Below are positions 11,417-21,942 of a stretch of 64,000 nucleotides of DNA, in pieces. A model generated the notes under the pieces. That model had not been told where the DNA came from. It made no database searches and worked only from the letters and a program-made list of their open reading frames with translations. The stretch is from assembly GCA_034226945.1 (NCBI GenBank), contig CP120453.1, positions 62,001-126,000 on the forward strand, written 5' to 3'. The position numbers and the translations under genes are program-made. How positions within the stretch are numbered: the first letter of the stretch is position 1; each line of letters opens with the position of its first letter. Source of the stretch: Picochlorum sp. SENEW3. Taxonomy: Eukaryota.

Positions 11417-12184
11417 TTAGTACCCAGTATCAAGACGCAATGCTGACATTCCAAGCGCATCACCATGGTGAGTCTTATTAGTGGCCCCATTCTCATACTC
11501 CCGCAGCCTTCTGCGAAGCTCTGCGTTTTCATCCATCAAATATTGCTCATTTCGCTGAACAGATTCCAAGCTCGCCCGCAGGGTTTTGTTCTCCTGCCTC
11601 GCCTCCCGGAGAGAGGCAGCAGCCTCCTTTGCACTACTCCTTGCCAAACAGACCACATGTTCCATCCGCATCACTTCTCGTTGCACATCTGATAGTTTCT
11701 CACACATGTCTGATCGCGCCATCAACGCATCTGCCCGACTCTCACTCAACTGCTTCACCACAGCTGTCAAATTGAATACTTCTTGCATCTTGATCTTCAA
11801 CTCATCCTCCAAGCGCTTCTTCTCCACCGCAAGGCAATGGCTAGACACACCGCCACGACTACCAGAAGATGTGCAGTGTCGGTCTTCTTCTTCATCGTCG
11901 TCGCCGCCATGTCGCGTCGGCGGTGTCCTCGTCAAGGCGCTCACAATGCACTGCACAAGCCCTGGTGAAGGGCTGTTCTGTCTGTCAGCCAAGAATGTTT
12001 CCGTCGGTGGAGTCTCCGGCATCATCGACACACTACCACCTCTTTCATCAAAGCATGTATTCGAATCCCCACCCCGATCACACGCCTCTGTGCTCGCGGT
12101 AGTTCCCGCCCCAAGGCTCGAACGAGAATCAACAACGAGACCCGTAGGGTCAACCATTCTCTCAATCTCTGCCCTCATTCTCAT
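11417..12184 (-). CDS. Hypothetical coiled-coil protein
   Basis: 255-aa ORF with an E/K/R/L-rich helical C-terminal half. No family recognised. Confidence 0.6.
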   Translation of the reverse strand: MRMRAEIERMVDPTGLVVDSRSSLGAGTTASTEACDRGGDSNTCFDERGGSVSMMPETPPTETFLADRQNSPSPGLVQCIVSALTRTPPTRHGGDDDEEEDRHCTSSGSRGGVSSHCLAVEKKRLEDELKIKMQEVFNLTAVVKQLSESRADALMARSDMCEKLSDVQREVMRMEHVVCLARSSAKEAAASLREARQENKTLRASLESVQRNEQYLMDENAELRRRLREYENGATNKTHHGDALGMSALRLDTGY

Positions 12185-12508
12185 GCCAAATATGAATTAA
12201 AATACGTATTTTTCTGTAAATATCACCTATCCGTGCTCCAAGGCCACGGCGTTCAGCACGTCAGCTGTGACAACGTGATTGTATCTGGACCAGGAATCGC
12301 ACTCAATAGGTCACCTCAACATGGCACATTTCCCATATATGTACCATTATATCAAATTACAATGTTATGGATGTGTGAGTAGGACAAATACCAACTAGGT
12401 CATGTTGCGAATATTCGTTGATCAGAGTCGAAGATTCGTTGATTCCTCACAGATACTCCCTTGGATTCAACGTATCTCTCTCCATGAAGAGATATCATCA
12501 TGCGATTC

Positions 12509-12561
12509 CTCTTCTTCTTCTTCTTCTTCTTCTTCTTGTTGTTGTTGTTGTGAGAGAGAGA
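12509..12561. repeat. Compound microsatellite (CTT)n(GTT)n(GA)n
   Basis: Read directly from the sequence. Confidence 0.85.
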
Positions 12562-12826
12562 TGCAACGATTCTGCACTCGAGCAACGTCATGTATGTCAG
12601 TAGTAGTTGTTATCATGATCATAGTCAGTCGCTAGCGCTTCTTGATGCATCTCATGACCTCCTGTATGTGCATGGAGACAGTGGCTCATCCTAGAATACT
12701 CTTCCAAGAAGAAAGGCACCTACATCCTGTCAAAATATGGTTATGGATTCCAAAATACAATGCATGCGAATGACCAAGTACACATGGTATTATGTGAAAA
12801 AAAAATACTACTGGCAATTTTCAAAT

Positions 12827-13562
12827 ATGAAAAAGGCCATTGTCCTTGTGCTGGTTTTTGCCACAACTCTTTTTCAGAGCGGAGGTATGCCGACGTGTCT
12901 TCGGAAAGTGAAGGTGTTAGAATCTCTTATTCTATTGCATTTGGTGCAGTTTCTGCTCAGTGGGCGTTTGATTTGTCAGAAGATGATGATTTGATGCCTT
13001 CCAAGATTCGTACGTTGTCCATGATTTTTCTCAACCCCATCATGTTACCTGGGTCATATTTTTGACGAGTTTGTACGCTTTCTTTGCAGCCGGTCGCCAC
13101 TTGCTTCAACAATACAGTCCTGAGCCGATTCCGATTCCTCCAGCACCGCCAGGTCCACTTCCAGTGCCCCCCACACCTCCACCTCCAGCTCCGCCAGAAT
13201 TTGATCCATCCATCTCAACAACTCTGGATTCGCCGCCTCTCCTTCTGGAGCTTCCACAGAATGTCGAGTGCGAAGGTTCCGATTTGACGTCGCTTGCGAA
13301 TGGAGTCTGCGCGAGTGCTGTCGCTGGTGCCTCGGGTGGTGATGAGGAGATTGCCAGTCAGCTTGTATGCACGGCCACTGCATCGTGTACAGATGGAGGT
13401 ATCAATGTGGATGTATCAATCACAGTGGCCAGGACCGAGATAAGCGAAGATCCTGAGGTGAATCAGCTATACGATGAACTTGCAGCCTCAGTTGGTGCAG
13501 ATCTCCAAGATCCAGAATTCCTGGAAGCTGCTGTGGCTGCTGCACTCACACCTTCCTCATAG
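12827..13562 (+). CDS. Secreted proline-rich (cell-wall/HRGP-like) protein
   Basis: Exons 12827-12884, 12950-13009 and 13090-13562 splice in frame. Signal peptide MKKAIVLVLVFATTLFQSG, RHLLQ motif, poly-Pro tract and a four-Cys C-terminal domain. Confidence 0.75.
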
Positions 13563-13969
13563 GAGCAGGAAGGTCCTGTTGTTCATACAACTACCATGAT
13601 TTTTTCCATACTTGAACCAAGATATGCACCAATTCGTGCATGAATATGTACACTTCAACCACAGATATTCGAGATATTCCCATGAGAGCGAAGAATGCTG
13701 CAACAGCATTTACCCAAGGATACTATGTATGATGATGCTCATCCAACGATATATATATGTACGCACTGTTATGTAACCATGTCATGTATTGGCACAGAAT
13801 ACCAAGCACATTGTACTCTGTGTGAATATGCAACACATCATAATGTGGACCTACCCTGCATGCAGGTTCTTCCAGGGAATCATGGAACAGGCACAAAGGC
13901 TCTTGCAGCCAGCCTGATGGAGGAGTATAGTATATCATAAAATATTATTTCAGAGAGAGAAAAAAAAAG

Positions 13970-14736
13970 ATGAATACGCAACACCAGTACATGGGAAGAT
14001 CTCTTCAGGCAGGAGAGGTTTCTCGTTGCTCTGATCATGGCCCGAATCTCCAGCAGCCAGTCTCATTAGGGGTAGGTTTGGGATCTTATAGGTGCTATAT
14101 ACAGATATAATTTATTTTTTATGTGTGCAGACCACGATTATGGCTGCGACGTTCGAAGGCGGAGTGGTCCTTGGAGCGGATTCTAGGACTTCAACTGGGA
14201 GCTACGTTGCCAACAGAGTGACGAATAAAATCACAGCTCTAAGTGATAAAATATATGTATGTCGATCTGGATCAGCAGCAGATACGCAGAATATATCGAG
14301 ATATGTGGAATGGTTTCTTGACCAACACCGAATGGAACTTGGGGAAGAGCCAGATGTGTTGACTGCGGCAACATTGATGCAACGGTTAGCCTATGAGAAT
14401 AAAGGGATGCTTCAAGCGGGTTTGATAGTCGCTGGGTGGGATGAGAAACGAGGAGGCTCCGTGTATGCCATTCCCCTGGGTGGGACTCTGGTCCAGGTTC
14501 CATTTGCAATTGGAGGTTCTGGTAGTGCATACATCACAGGGCTCACGGACTCGTTGTGGAGAGATGGGATGGATGAAGATTCATGTAGAGGGTTTGTGCA
14601 GAAATCCGTAGCACATGCTATGTCGCGGGATGCATCTTCCGGAGGGTGTGTCAGGACAGTGACCATTACCAAGACTGGGGCCAAGAGGGATTTCATCCCT
14701 GGCGATGAGGTAGACAAACTGCTCTTAAGGTACTAA
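13970..14736 (+). CDS. PBA1: 20S proteasome subunit beta-1 (beta type-6)
   Basis: Propeptide exon 13970-14071 ending VSLG, intron 14072-14130, then TTIMAATFEGGVVLGADSRTSTG...CRSGSAAD...GGSGS...RDASSGG. Confidence 0.95.
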
Positions 14737-14785
14737 GTAAGTGTGAAAAAACCTGTATTATTTATTTATCTCGAGTAAAAGGACC

Positions 14786-15598
14786 ATGTCGGAGGACAAG
14801 GTAACAGTGCGGCGAGCTCGGTCGACATGCCAGGCTCTCGTTCGCTTGGAATCGTTCCGTATCGGGGTTCCTCCGTGTCGTGGAAGTCTCGGTCTCGAAA
14901 CTGTGATGAAAAAGGCTTTTGATAATGGGACACTGAGTTTCTCATTCAATGACCAGACTCTGCAGAACTGTGGACGGGGTCAGTTCAATGGAGCAAAACT
15001 GAGAATAGAATCAAAGCAGCTTGGATCTTCAGATGGATCGAGAAATTTGAAACGAAAAGCTTCCATGTCGTTTGATTTTGGCAAGATGTTGATCGACGAT
15101 GTCTCTGTCGAGGTTGAACATGTGCTTGGTTCCGGAAAGGTTCAGGAGAAGAATGCTGCCGAGCAGGCAGATGAGCCTACACCTGCCAAGGATCATGGTG
15201 TGCTCAAGATGAAGGCATCGTGGTTGGGGAAGAGTTCGTCAATCAAGCTGAACGAAGCCTTTGTGATTGACCGTCAAAACACGCTAGTGGCCAGCTACAA
15301 TTTTGGGACAGAAGAGGCTGTTTTTGGATACAAATATGCATATTCAGACAATTGGCACATGTCACTATCATATAATGTTCAATCAGATTCTGCTGATTAC
15401 ACTGTGACGAGAATCTTTGGAGCTGACAGTGGCCATGCAAAGGGAACCCTGTCAGGGGTGTACAGCCCCAAGAAGGAGGAGGCAACAATCAGTTATTCGC
15501 AAGATCCGTACCAAGTGAAGCTCAAGCTGAAGCAGTCACAGCTTGTACCGTCATTGGCTTCATTGGACATGAAATATGTGCACACGTTTGAGTTGTAA
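14786..15598 (+). CDS. Chloroplast outer-envelope beta-barrel pore, OEP24-like
   Basis: Alternating beta-strand pattern. The segment FVIDRQNTLVASYNFGTEEAVFGYKYAY...YNVQSDSADYTVTRIF resembles plant OEP24 (recalled from memory). Confidence 0.65.
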   Translation: MSEDKVTVRRARSTCQALVRLESFRIGVPPCRGSLGLETVMKKAFDNGTLSFSFNDQTLQNCGRGQFNGAKLRIESKQLGSSDGSRNLKRKASMSFDFGKMLIDDVSVEVEHVLGSGKVQEKNAAEQADEPTPAKDHGVLKMKASWLGKSSSIKLNEAFVIDRQNTLVASYNFGTEEAVFGYKYAYSDNWHMSLSYNVQSDSADYTVTRIFGADSGHAKGTLSGVYSPKKEEATISYSQDPYQVKLKLKQSQLVPSLASLDMKYVHTFEL

Positions 15599-15779
15599 AT
15601 GCATGTCGTATGATTTCCCTTGCCTCCGGCTGAATGGATGGTTCGACCGGAAGCATCAGATTGCAAGGAGCGTTGCCGCCTTCACACGAGGCAGATGCAA
15701 TAGTCCATGCAAGCCACCTGGGCATCGCATAATTTATCACTTTTATAGATATAACTGGATAAATTCCTGATAAATTACA

Positions 15780-16721
15780 ATGAGACTGTTGCAGGCATCC
15801 CGCCAGGTGGCCATTCCTGACGATGTGACAGTGGAGGTGAAGGGGCGCAGAGTTCGTGTGAAAGGCCCAAGAGGTGTGTCTTATGACAATAGTTCTTTTT
15901 ACATATTGTCAATGGGTTGTGATTGGTCGGCGTGGTTGTGAGAAGACGGCAGTGGCGAGCAGCAGCCTTGTGCGGCGGTGTATTATACCTGGCGACTGAG
16001 GCTGGCGAGCTTCCTCGGCTCGACTTGCGTCGATCCAGGCAATTGAATGGCATTAAATCCAATTATATTTGAATTATATGCCTTATGGTTGCTGCACTGG
16101 CCGCACCGCCGCTCTCGGCGTTTCAGAAATTCGCCGCCCGTCGCTCACCCTGTCTGATGGGCGCTTTGTCATTGTGGGCAGTCGCACACCCATAGCTACT
16201 GTATACTGATTGATTTTCTCATGATACGTGTAGGGACTCTGTCCAAGGATATGAGGCATGCTGGATTAGATATGTTCTTGATCACCAATGAGGAAGGTGC
16301 CAAGATTTTCAAGGTAGACTGCCACATGGGCAAGAAGAAGAAGCTTGCTTCCATCAGAACCACAATCTCGCACGTCACCAACATGATCACAGGAGTAACC
16401 AAAGGATTCGAGTACAAAATGCGTCTAGTTTACGCCCATTTCCCCATCAACATCAACATTGTGGAGAATGGAGCAAAGGTTGAGATCCGTAACTTCTTGG
16501 GAGAGAAACGTGTCAGAGTGATCAAGATGCTTCCAGGAGTGACCATTGCCAGGTCCGACGCAGTCAAGGACGAATTGATCCTCACCGGAAACGATGTCGA
16601 GCTCGTCAGTAGATCCACCTCTTTGATTCACCAGATTTGCCTTGTGCGCAACAAGGATATCAGAAAGTTCTTGGATGGAATTTACCTCAGTGGCAAAGGA
16701 ACTGTTGTCAAGGACGAGTAA
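15780..16721 (+). CDS. RPL9: 60S ribosomal protein L9 (uL6)
   Basis: Exon 15780-15873 ([21 protein letters not shown]), 360-nt intron 15874-16233, exon 2 with [19 protein letters not shown] and [11 protein letters not shown]. Confidence 0.97.
15912..16193 (+). ncRNA. Unclassified highly structured intronic RNA element
   Basis: Nested complementary helices across the GC-rich core of the RPL9 intron. Several G-U pairs form only on the + strand. Confidence 0.6.
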
Positions 16722-17294
16722 ATAATAATCGTGTTCCATGACCATGGATTTCCATGATATCTTATAATGTAACAAACTTCTAGGCATATCCGCTCATTAC
16801 ATGAGAGATACATGATCTATCTGCCCAGATCTTGTGAGGCTTCCATTGTGCCTCGAAACAATCAGCACAAAGCCAGCTGGCAAATTCCTCATACAAATGT
16901 ACACATGTACTTTCTGGTGGATCCGAATCCTCCACTGCGCGCAGTACTGCGGGGACGAGTCCCCATGCATGGATCTTCATTCAGGGACATGCCAGGGGGT
17001 TGCACAGAACAAGAATGTCCTCAGAGCCTCTGAGTCAGAGGCCCACATAGGATGGGCTGAGGTCGATGCACTCAATGAGGTGCAACAAGATACAACAAGC
17101 TTTAATTATACGTATTCATACCAATGCTGGTATGAATAGAGCAAAATTGTTGTGCAATTAAACGCATTGCCACCCGTCTCCAGGTGGCGCGTTCGTGTAC
17201 AGTTGTCAGTCTGACAACAAACTGGTGGTTTGTCCACGTCTGACCATGCGCTTTCATCAACAATTCACGTCTGTAGCTGATCGCCTGGGGCTTT

Positions 17295-18893
17295 ATGTTT
17301 ACAACTAATCGTTTAAAAGAATTCAGCATGAAGGGATTCCGGCGGAGTAGCACGTTGCCAGAGCTCCAGAGCACGAAATACGGCAGCGACCATAGAAAGT
17401 CGTCTTCGAGCCATTCTCTGACTGGATTATCGAGTAATACTGATTTATTGAGGGCTTTGAAATCACATGCGTCTCAATCTCGATCGACAAACTACTCATT
17501 GGTAGTTCAAAGCATTCTGTGCTGCTGCCTTGTGTTGATGCTTCTAGGAGGTCTGCTTTCGTATAGCAGCGTGACGACGCATGAGAGAACTGCGAGGTAT
17601 CACCTGATGATTACAAGAGAGTATTCCGAAAAGCACGTGTTGGACACGACGGGTGTCTTGGAGGAGCGTAACGATAGAATTCCATTTGCCAAGCCAAACC
17701 TTCTTGTTCAGGCAACAAAGGCCCTTCAGTTTCAAGAGTATGACGCTGTACCTTTGTACAGTACGGATGCTCTCGGTGGAGCAGCTGTTAAGAAGAAGAA
17801 AGAGATGAAGAAGGAAAACATGGAGCGATTGTTCACGAGCGAGACTGCCGAGTCATGTCCATCATCTGATACTGTGCGGCTATTTGTAGGCATTGCATCC
17901 CGTGCATCTGTGAGAGCTCGGGCAAAGCGCAATGCAATTAGAGACTCATGGCTTGGTGATATTGTGGAATCATACGGAAAATCGGTGAAAGGAACGTTCC
18001 TTGTGTCCCAGCCGAATTTTAAATCACAAGGAGAACTCTTGAATTTAGCAGACGATTTGATTGATGAGTATCGTCTGTACAAGGACGTCGCAGTAATTCC
18101 AGGCCCAGAAAACTACATGGCATTGCCTATTAAGACATTTTCCATGATGCGGTATGCCTTGTCCAGCACCTGCCAGTACACCCATGTGCTCAAGACTGAT
18201 GATGATGTGTACTTGAGAATAGGACATTTGCTCGACATTATTCATCTGGGAATCTATCATGGTGTCTTGAAGATACAGGCGAATGCAATCTCGGATTATA
18301 CTGCCAAAATCGACAAAATACCAAAGAGAAAAGAAGCCACGCCTTGGATGACGTCCATGTATATTGGCAAGGTGGATAGGAATGTCACAAACACATACCC
18401 AGGTTTTGAACCTGTTCGAGACCCTGAGAATAAGTGGTACTTGTCTGAAGACTCGTATCCTGATGAGCTTGGACCAGCAGGAATTAGGTGGATATCTGGT
18501 TGGGGCTATCTTGTCTCTAGAGATGTCGCCGAGCATGTGTGGGAAGAAGCTCAAAGCATTGCCTCAAAGGAAGTGCACCAGAGACCTGCATGGTGGGGCA
18601 GGCTCCCATGGGAAGATGTTGTTGTGGCAACCTTACTGAGCGATTATACAGACTTGTACCATCACGAGGGATTCAAAGCAGCATGGGATTCGTGCAAGAA
18701 CGATACAGTTCTCAAGCATTTGGATAACCAAGCCCCGCTGCTTGTTGCAGGATTAGGAGAGCAAGATAGGACAGGACTGTGGGATAAAAAGGAAGTAGTC
18801 TGTTCTGCTGGAAAATACGAACCAGGAGACTACAATACATGGAAGAGATGGAGGAATTCATTACCGGATGCAAAAACAGTAGGCAAGATGTAG
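17295..18893 (+). CDS. Beta-1,3-galactosyltransferase family (GT31), type II membrane protein
   Basis: N-terminal TM helix, LFVGIAS...RNAIRDSW, KTDDDVY, SGWGYLVSRD and WEDV. The start may be 17328. Confidence 0.88.
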   Translation: MFTTNRLKEFSMKGFRRSSTLPELQSTKYGSDHRKSSSSHSLTGLSSNTDLLRALKSHASQSRSTNYSLVVQSILCCCLVLMLLGGLLSYSSVTTHERTARYHLMITREYSEKHVLDTTGVLEERNDRIPFAKPNLLVQATKALQFQEYDAVPLYSTDALGGAAVKKKKEMKKENMERLFTSETAESCPSSDTVRLFVGIASRASVRARAKRNAIRDSWLGDIVESYGKSVKGTFLVSQPNFKSQGELLNLADDLIDEYRLYKDVAVIPGPENYMALPIKTFSMMRYALSSTCQYTHVLKTDDDVYLRIGHLLDIIHLGIYHGVLKIQANAISDYTAKIDKIPKRKEATPWMTSMYIGKVDRNVTNTYPGFEPVRDPENKWYLSEDSYPDELGPAGIRWISGWGYLVSRDVAEHVWEEAQSIASKEVHQRPAWWGRLPWEDVVVATLLSDYTDLYHHEGFKAAWDSCKNDTVLKHLDNQAPLLVAGLGEQDRTGLWDKKEVVCSAGKYEPGDYNTWKRWRNSLPDAKTVGKM

Positions 18894-19301
18894 TCCATTG
18901 ACAAAACCCAAGATACATACTGTACATGACAGTGCAACCATTTGATTCAGAATGTATTCACCAAGAATTTGATACAGTTTTCCGCATGTAAAGTTCAAGT
19001 ATTCTGACATTCTGCATCCCAATGATTGAGCCATGTGCTAGGCCGATGGCTTCCAACTTGCAAGTTCCAACTTACGTTAGAGGTTCCAAGCAGTATTGCG
19101 CAAGGGCCAATTGAGCGGTCTGTGTGAATGCCACCAATAGGTCCTAGTTTCATGGCGACGGAACCACCATTATATCTAATAATTATTCCAATGGCGTATA
19201 TGTGAGCCCAAACAGGCCAAAGACGATTGTTACCTTCCCGAAGATTGCCAACTTCGTAGTGAATTTTCGGGAAGAAGAAACCCAAAGAGTGAGCAGAGAC
19301 A

Positions 19302-20525
19302 ATGCAGGAGGATATGGGACGGTCTACGACTTTTGGAACGTGGCTGAAAAAGTTTAAATGGATTCAATCGTCTAGAGAACAGACATTGCGGGCAGAGTCA
19401 AGGTTGTTGGCGTTGTCTGGCTGTGAGCTTCCTTTGAAGCAAAAAGACACGTTCATCCACAATGGGAAGGACTTTCTGCATAGTATTGAAGGCGGTATAG
19501 CAGATGGGCCTCCTTTAGTGTATCTGCCCGGGTATGGGGCAGGAGTTGGGTTCTTTTTCAGGATTATCAAGGGGCTTTGTGCTGGTTGGCACGTCTACTG
19601 TGTTGACCTCTTGGGAACAGGACTCTCCTCCCGCCCAAAGTTCTCTGCGAAATCAACCGAGGAGGCGGAAAACTTTTTTATTGATAGTTTGGAAGAATGG
19701 CGGAAGGCCAGGCAGCTAGACACGTTCATTTTAGTAGGACATTCCATGGGGGGATATTTAGCTGGATGCTATGCAAGAAAGCATCCCGATCGGGTACGCC
19801 ATTTGGTCATGGTATGCCCAGCTGGTATAGGAGAGAAGCCAAAAGATTGGTCTCCTCCCGATGTTGTGAAAAGTCCATGGACCATGCGCGGCCAACTGTA
19901 TAGACTTGCCACAAGGCTCTGGAATTCTGGAGTAACACCAGGTGTTTTTGTGCGAGGTATTGGGCCTTGGGGCCCCAAAATGGTGTCAGGATATACGTCA
20001 AGGCGGTTTAGTGTAGGTCACCATTTGAGTGACGATGAGATTGATGCCTTTTCCGAGTATATGTATGGCATTCTTAGTGCCAAAGGATCTGGAGAATATG
20101 CACTGCGTCACATTCTGGAGCCATTTGCATATCCGCGAAGCCCATTAGAATACAGACTGGACACCATTGACGTTCCAATTTCCTTTATTTACGGGAAACA
20201 GGATTGGATGGATCCCAAAGCAGCGCAAAGATTGATTCAAAGGATTCAGAACAACCGTGAGAAGATTCTGGAAGGTGATATGGACCTTAATGCTACTGAA
20301 AATGCTGGACATTTTCCATTCCTTGATCAGCCTGGAGAATTTTTAAGAGGCATGGTGTCTGTATGTGGCAGTCATTTGTCTGAAAAAGGTATCCAATCAG
20401 TCCTAGAGGCAGCAGATGAGTTCCCATTGGAGGACTCATCCGCGATCGATACAAAGTCACAAATGCAAAAGGAGATGAAGTCCAACCCTGCAGCAGCCGA
20501 GGCACATATTGCGACGGACTTGTAA
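19302..20525 (+). CDS. Alpha/beta hydrolase, CGI-58/ABHD5/ICT1-like
   Basis: PGYGAG, DLLGTGLSSRP, GHSMGG, YGKQDWM and AGHFPFLD (HX4D). Confidence 0.9.
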   Translation: MQEDMGRSTTFGTWLKKFKWIQSSREQTLRAESRLLALSGCELPLKQKDTFIHNGKDFLHSIEGGIADGPPLVYLPGYGAGVGFFFRIIKGLCAGWHVYCVDLLGTGLSSRPKFSAKSTEEAENFFIDSLEEWRKARQLDTFILVGHSMGGYLAGCYARKHPDRVRHLVMVCPAGIGEKPKDWSPPDVVKSPWTMRGQLYRLATRLWNSGVTPGVFVRGIGPWGPKMVSGYTSRRFSVGHHLSDDEIDAFSEYMYGILSAKGSGEYALRHILEPFAYPRSPLEYRLDTIDVPISFIYGKQDWMDPKAAQRLIQRIQNNREKILEGDMDLNATENAGHFPFLDQPGEFLRGMVSVCGSHLSEKGIQSVLEAADEFPLEDSSAIDTKSQMQKEMKSNPAAAEAHIATDL

Positions 20526-20713
20526 TTTGTAAGACACATGCATTTTTTAGCCCGCGAAGTGCGTTGTATGATACACAATTGTTGAGTCAACAACTGGGTA
20601 CAGATCAGGAATATGGGTATAGGGTCACGCAGAATAATAGTGTTGGCTATCATGAATGTATATTACTTTTGAAACATGTATATAAACATAAAAGTTTTAA
20701 CATACTCAGGGTA

Positions 20714-21796
20714 TCAATGAATACGCTGATGGAGTCTATGCAATCTCCTCATGAGACTGTTTGCCTCAGATACCATGGTTTGCATGGTGCAATCAAGATC
20801 CACAAGGTGTTCTGCCAAATATCGCCGAGGCTGTTCTCTCTCACAAGTGTGCGCGGGAATATGAATGCTGTAATCTAACGGAGATGGGTTAGATTTACTG
20901 CGTTCATTTCGCTCAGGCGAAGATGTGACGTTGGTCACTGGTACCACTTTGCGTCTTTTGGTCCGACTCTTCAGAATTGGCCGGACCGCTTTTTCAGGTG
21001 ATCTTTTATACGCCTGTGTAGGTAAAGAATCATCACCTTTATAAAAAGTTCGTACGTTCACCAGATCTCTCTTAAATTGCACTCGTTTCTTCCCCTTCTT
21101 CATGCTACCAGCTGTGTTGATGTTTTCATCATCAGGTGTTGCATGAACTGATTCTGTAGACTGCATGACCTGCTTTTCCGGCGTGATATTCTCCGATACA
21201 TCCGATAAATATGTACTTTTGACGTCGTTTGCATCACCATTTGCTCCTGGTATTGGTTGGGGCGAGGTTGCAAGCAATTCAGAATGCTCGATTGAAGCAC
21301 CTTGCTGTGGCTTGCCTTGAGGTGACCCAGCTTGGGCAGCTGGATTTTCACATTCGACCTCATTTGAATCTTGTAATTTCATCTGCTGATCTATAGTCTG
21401 ATCCTGTGGAGGATTCTCGCGCTGCACACCCCTATTCTCCTCTGACAGTTCAGCCTGGGGCTTGTCTGCATCATCTCCTTGTGCGCTCTCATCCAAGTCC
21501 ATTTGAAAATCCTGAAATATATAAAAATCGAAACGTGATTCTAAATCGATCATTGCCCAGCTCGTTGCGCTCGGTAAAGAACGTACCTCGAACAAACTTT
21601 CGGTGTCCAGATCAAACAGGTATGATAAAGCGCCCTGTTCAGTCTCGATTGCATTAGAAGATTTTGGAAAAGATAATCCTAAAGATTGGTGCTGATTGAG
21701 CCCTGGATCCGATACTATGGATTGGCCCCGTGCCTGTGTCGCTGGCTCTGTTGCGCTTTGATGTGCGTCTTGCGACAACGAATTCATCTCCGTCAT
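20714..21796 (-). CDS. Hypothetical low-complexity protein with an RVxF-like motif
   Basis: 360-aa ORF containing KKRVQFKRDLVNVRTF and RPILKS, and a helical C-terminus. Confidence 0.65.
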   Translation of the reverse strand: MTEMNSLSQDAHQSATEPATQARGQSIVSDPGLNQHQSLGLSFPKSSNAIETEQGALSYLFDLDTESLFEVRSLPSATSWAMIDLESRFDFYIFQDFQMDLDESAQGDDADKPQAELSEENRGVQRENPPQDQTIDQQMKLQDSNEVECENPAAQAGSPQGKPQQGASIEHSELLATSPQPIPGANGDANDVKSTYLSDVSENITPEKQVMQSTESVHATPDDENINTAGSMKKGKKRVQFKRDLVNVRTFYKGDDSLPTQAYKRSPEKAVRPILKSRTKRRKVVPVTNVTSSPERNERSKSNPSPLDYSIHIPAHTCEREQPRRYLAEHLVDLDCTMQTMVSEANSLMRRLHRLHQRIH

Positions 21797-21942
21797 GATA
21801 GAAATTGAACGAATATTATCAGATTATTTTATTCAATTACATATGCGGTATCAAGTATGCAATAACAAAAATATGGTTGGCATGAAATGGTTTCGTGTCT
21901 GCATGCACATGGCATGGCTTCATGCAGAATGCATTTTTTTCT

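Noticed and set aside
12400..12635. Short ORFs with poly-Leu, poly-Ser or poly-Lys
   Set aside because: These are translations of the microsatellite, and no convincing downstream exon was found.
15981..15995. U1 snRNA-like ATACCTGG in the RPL9 intron
   Set aside because: No full U1 5' end, loop motifs or Sm site.
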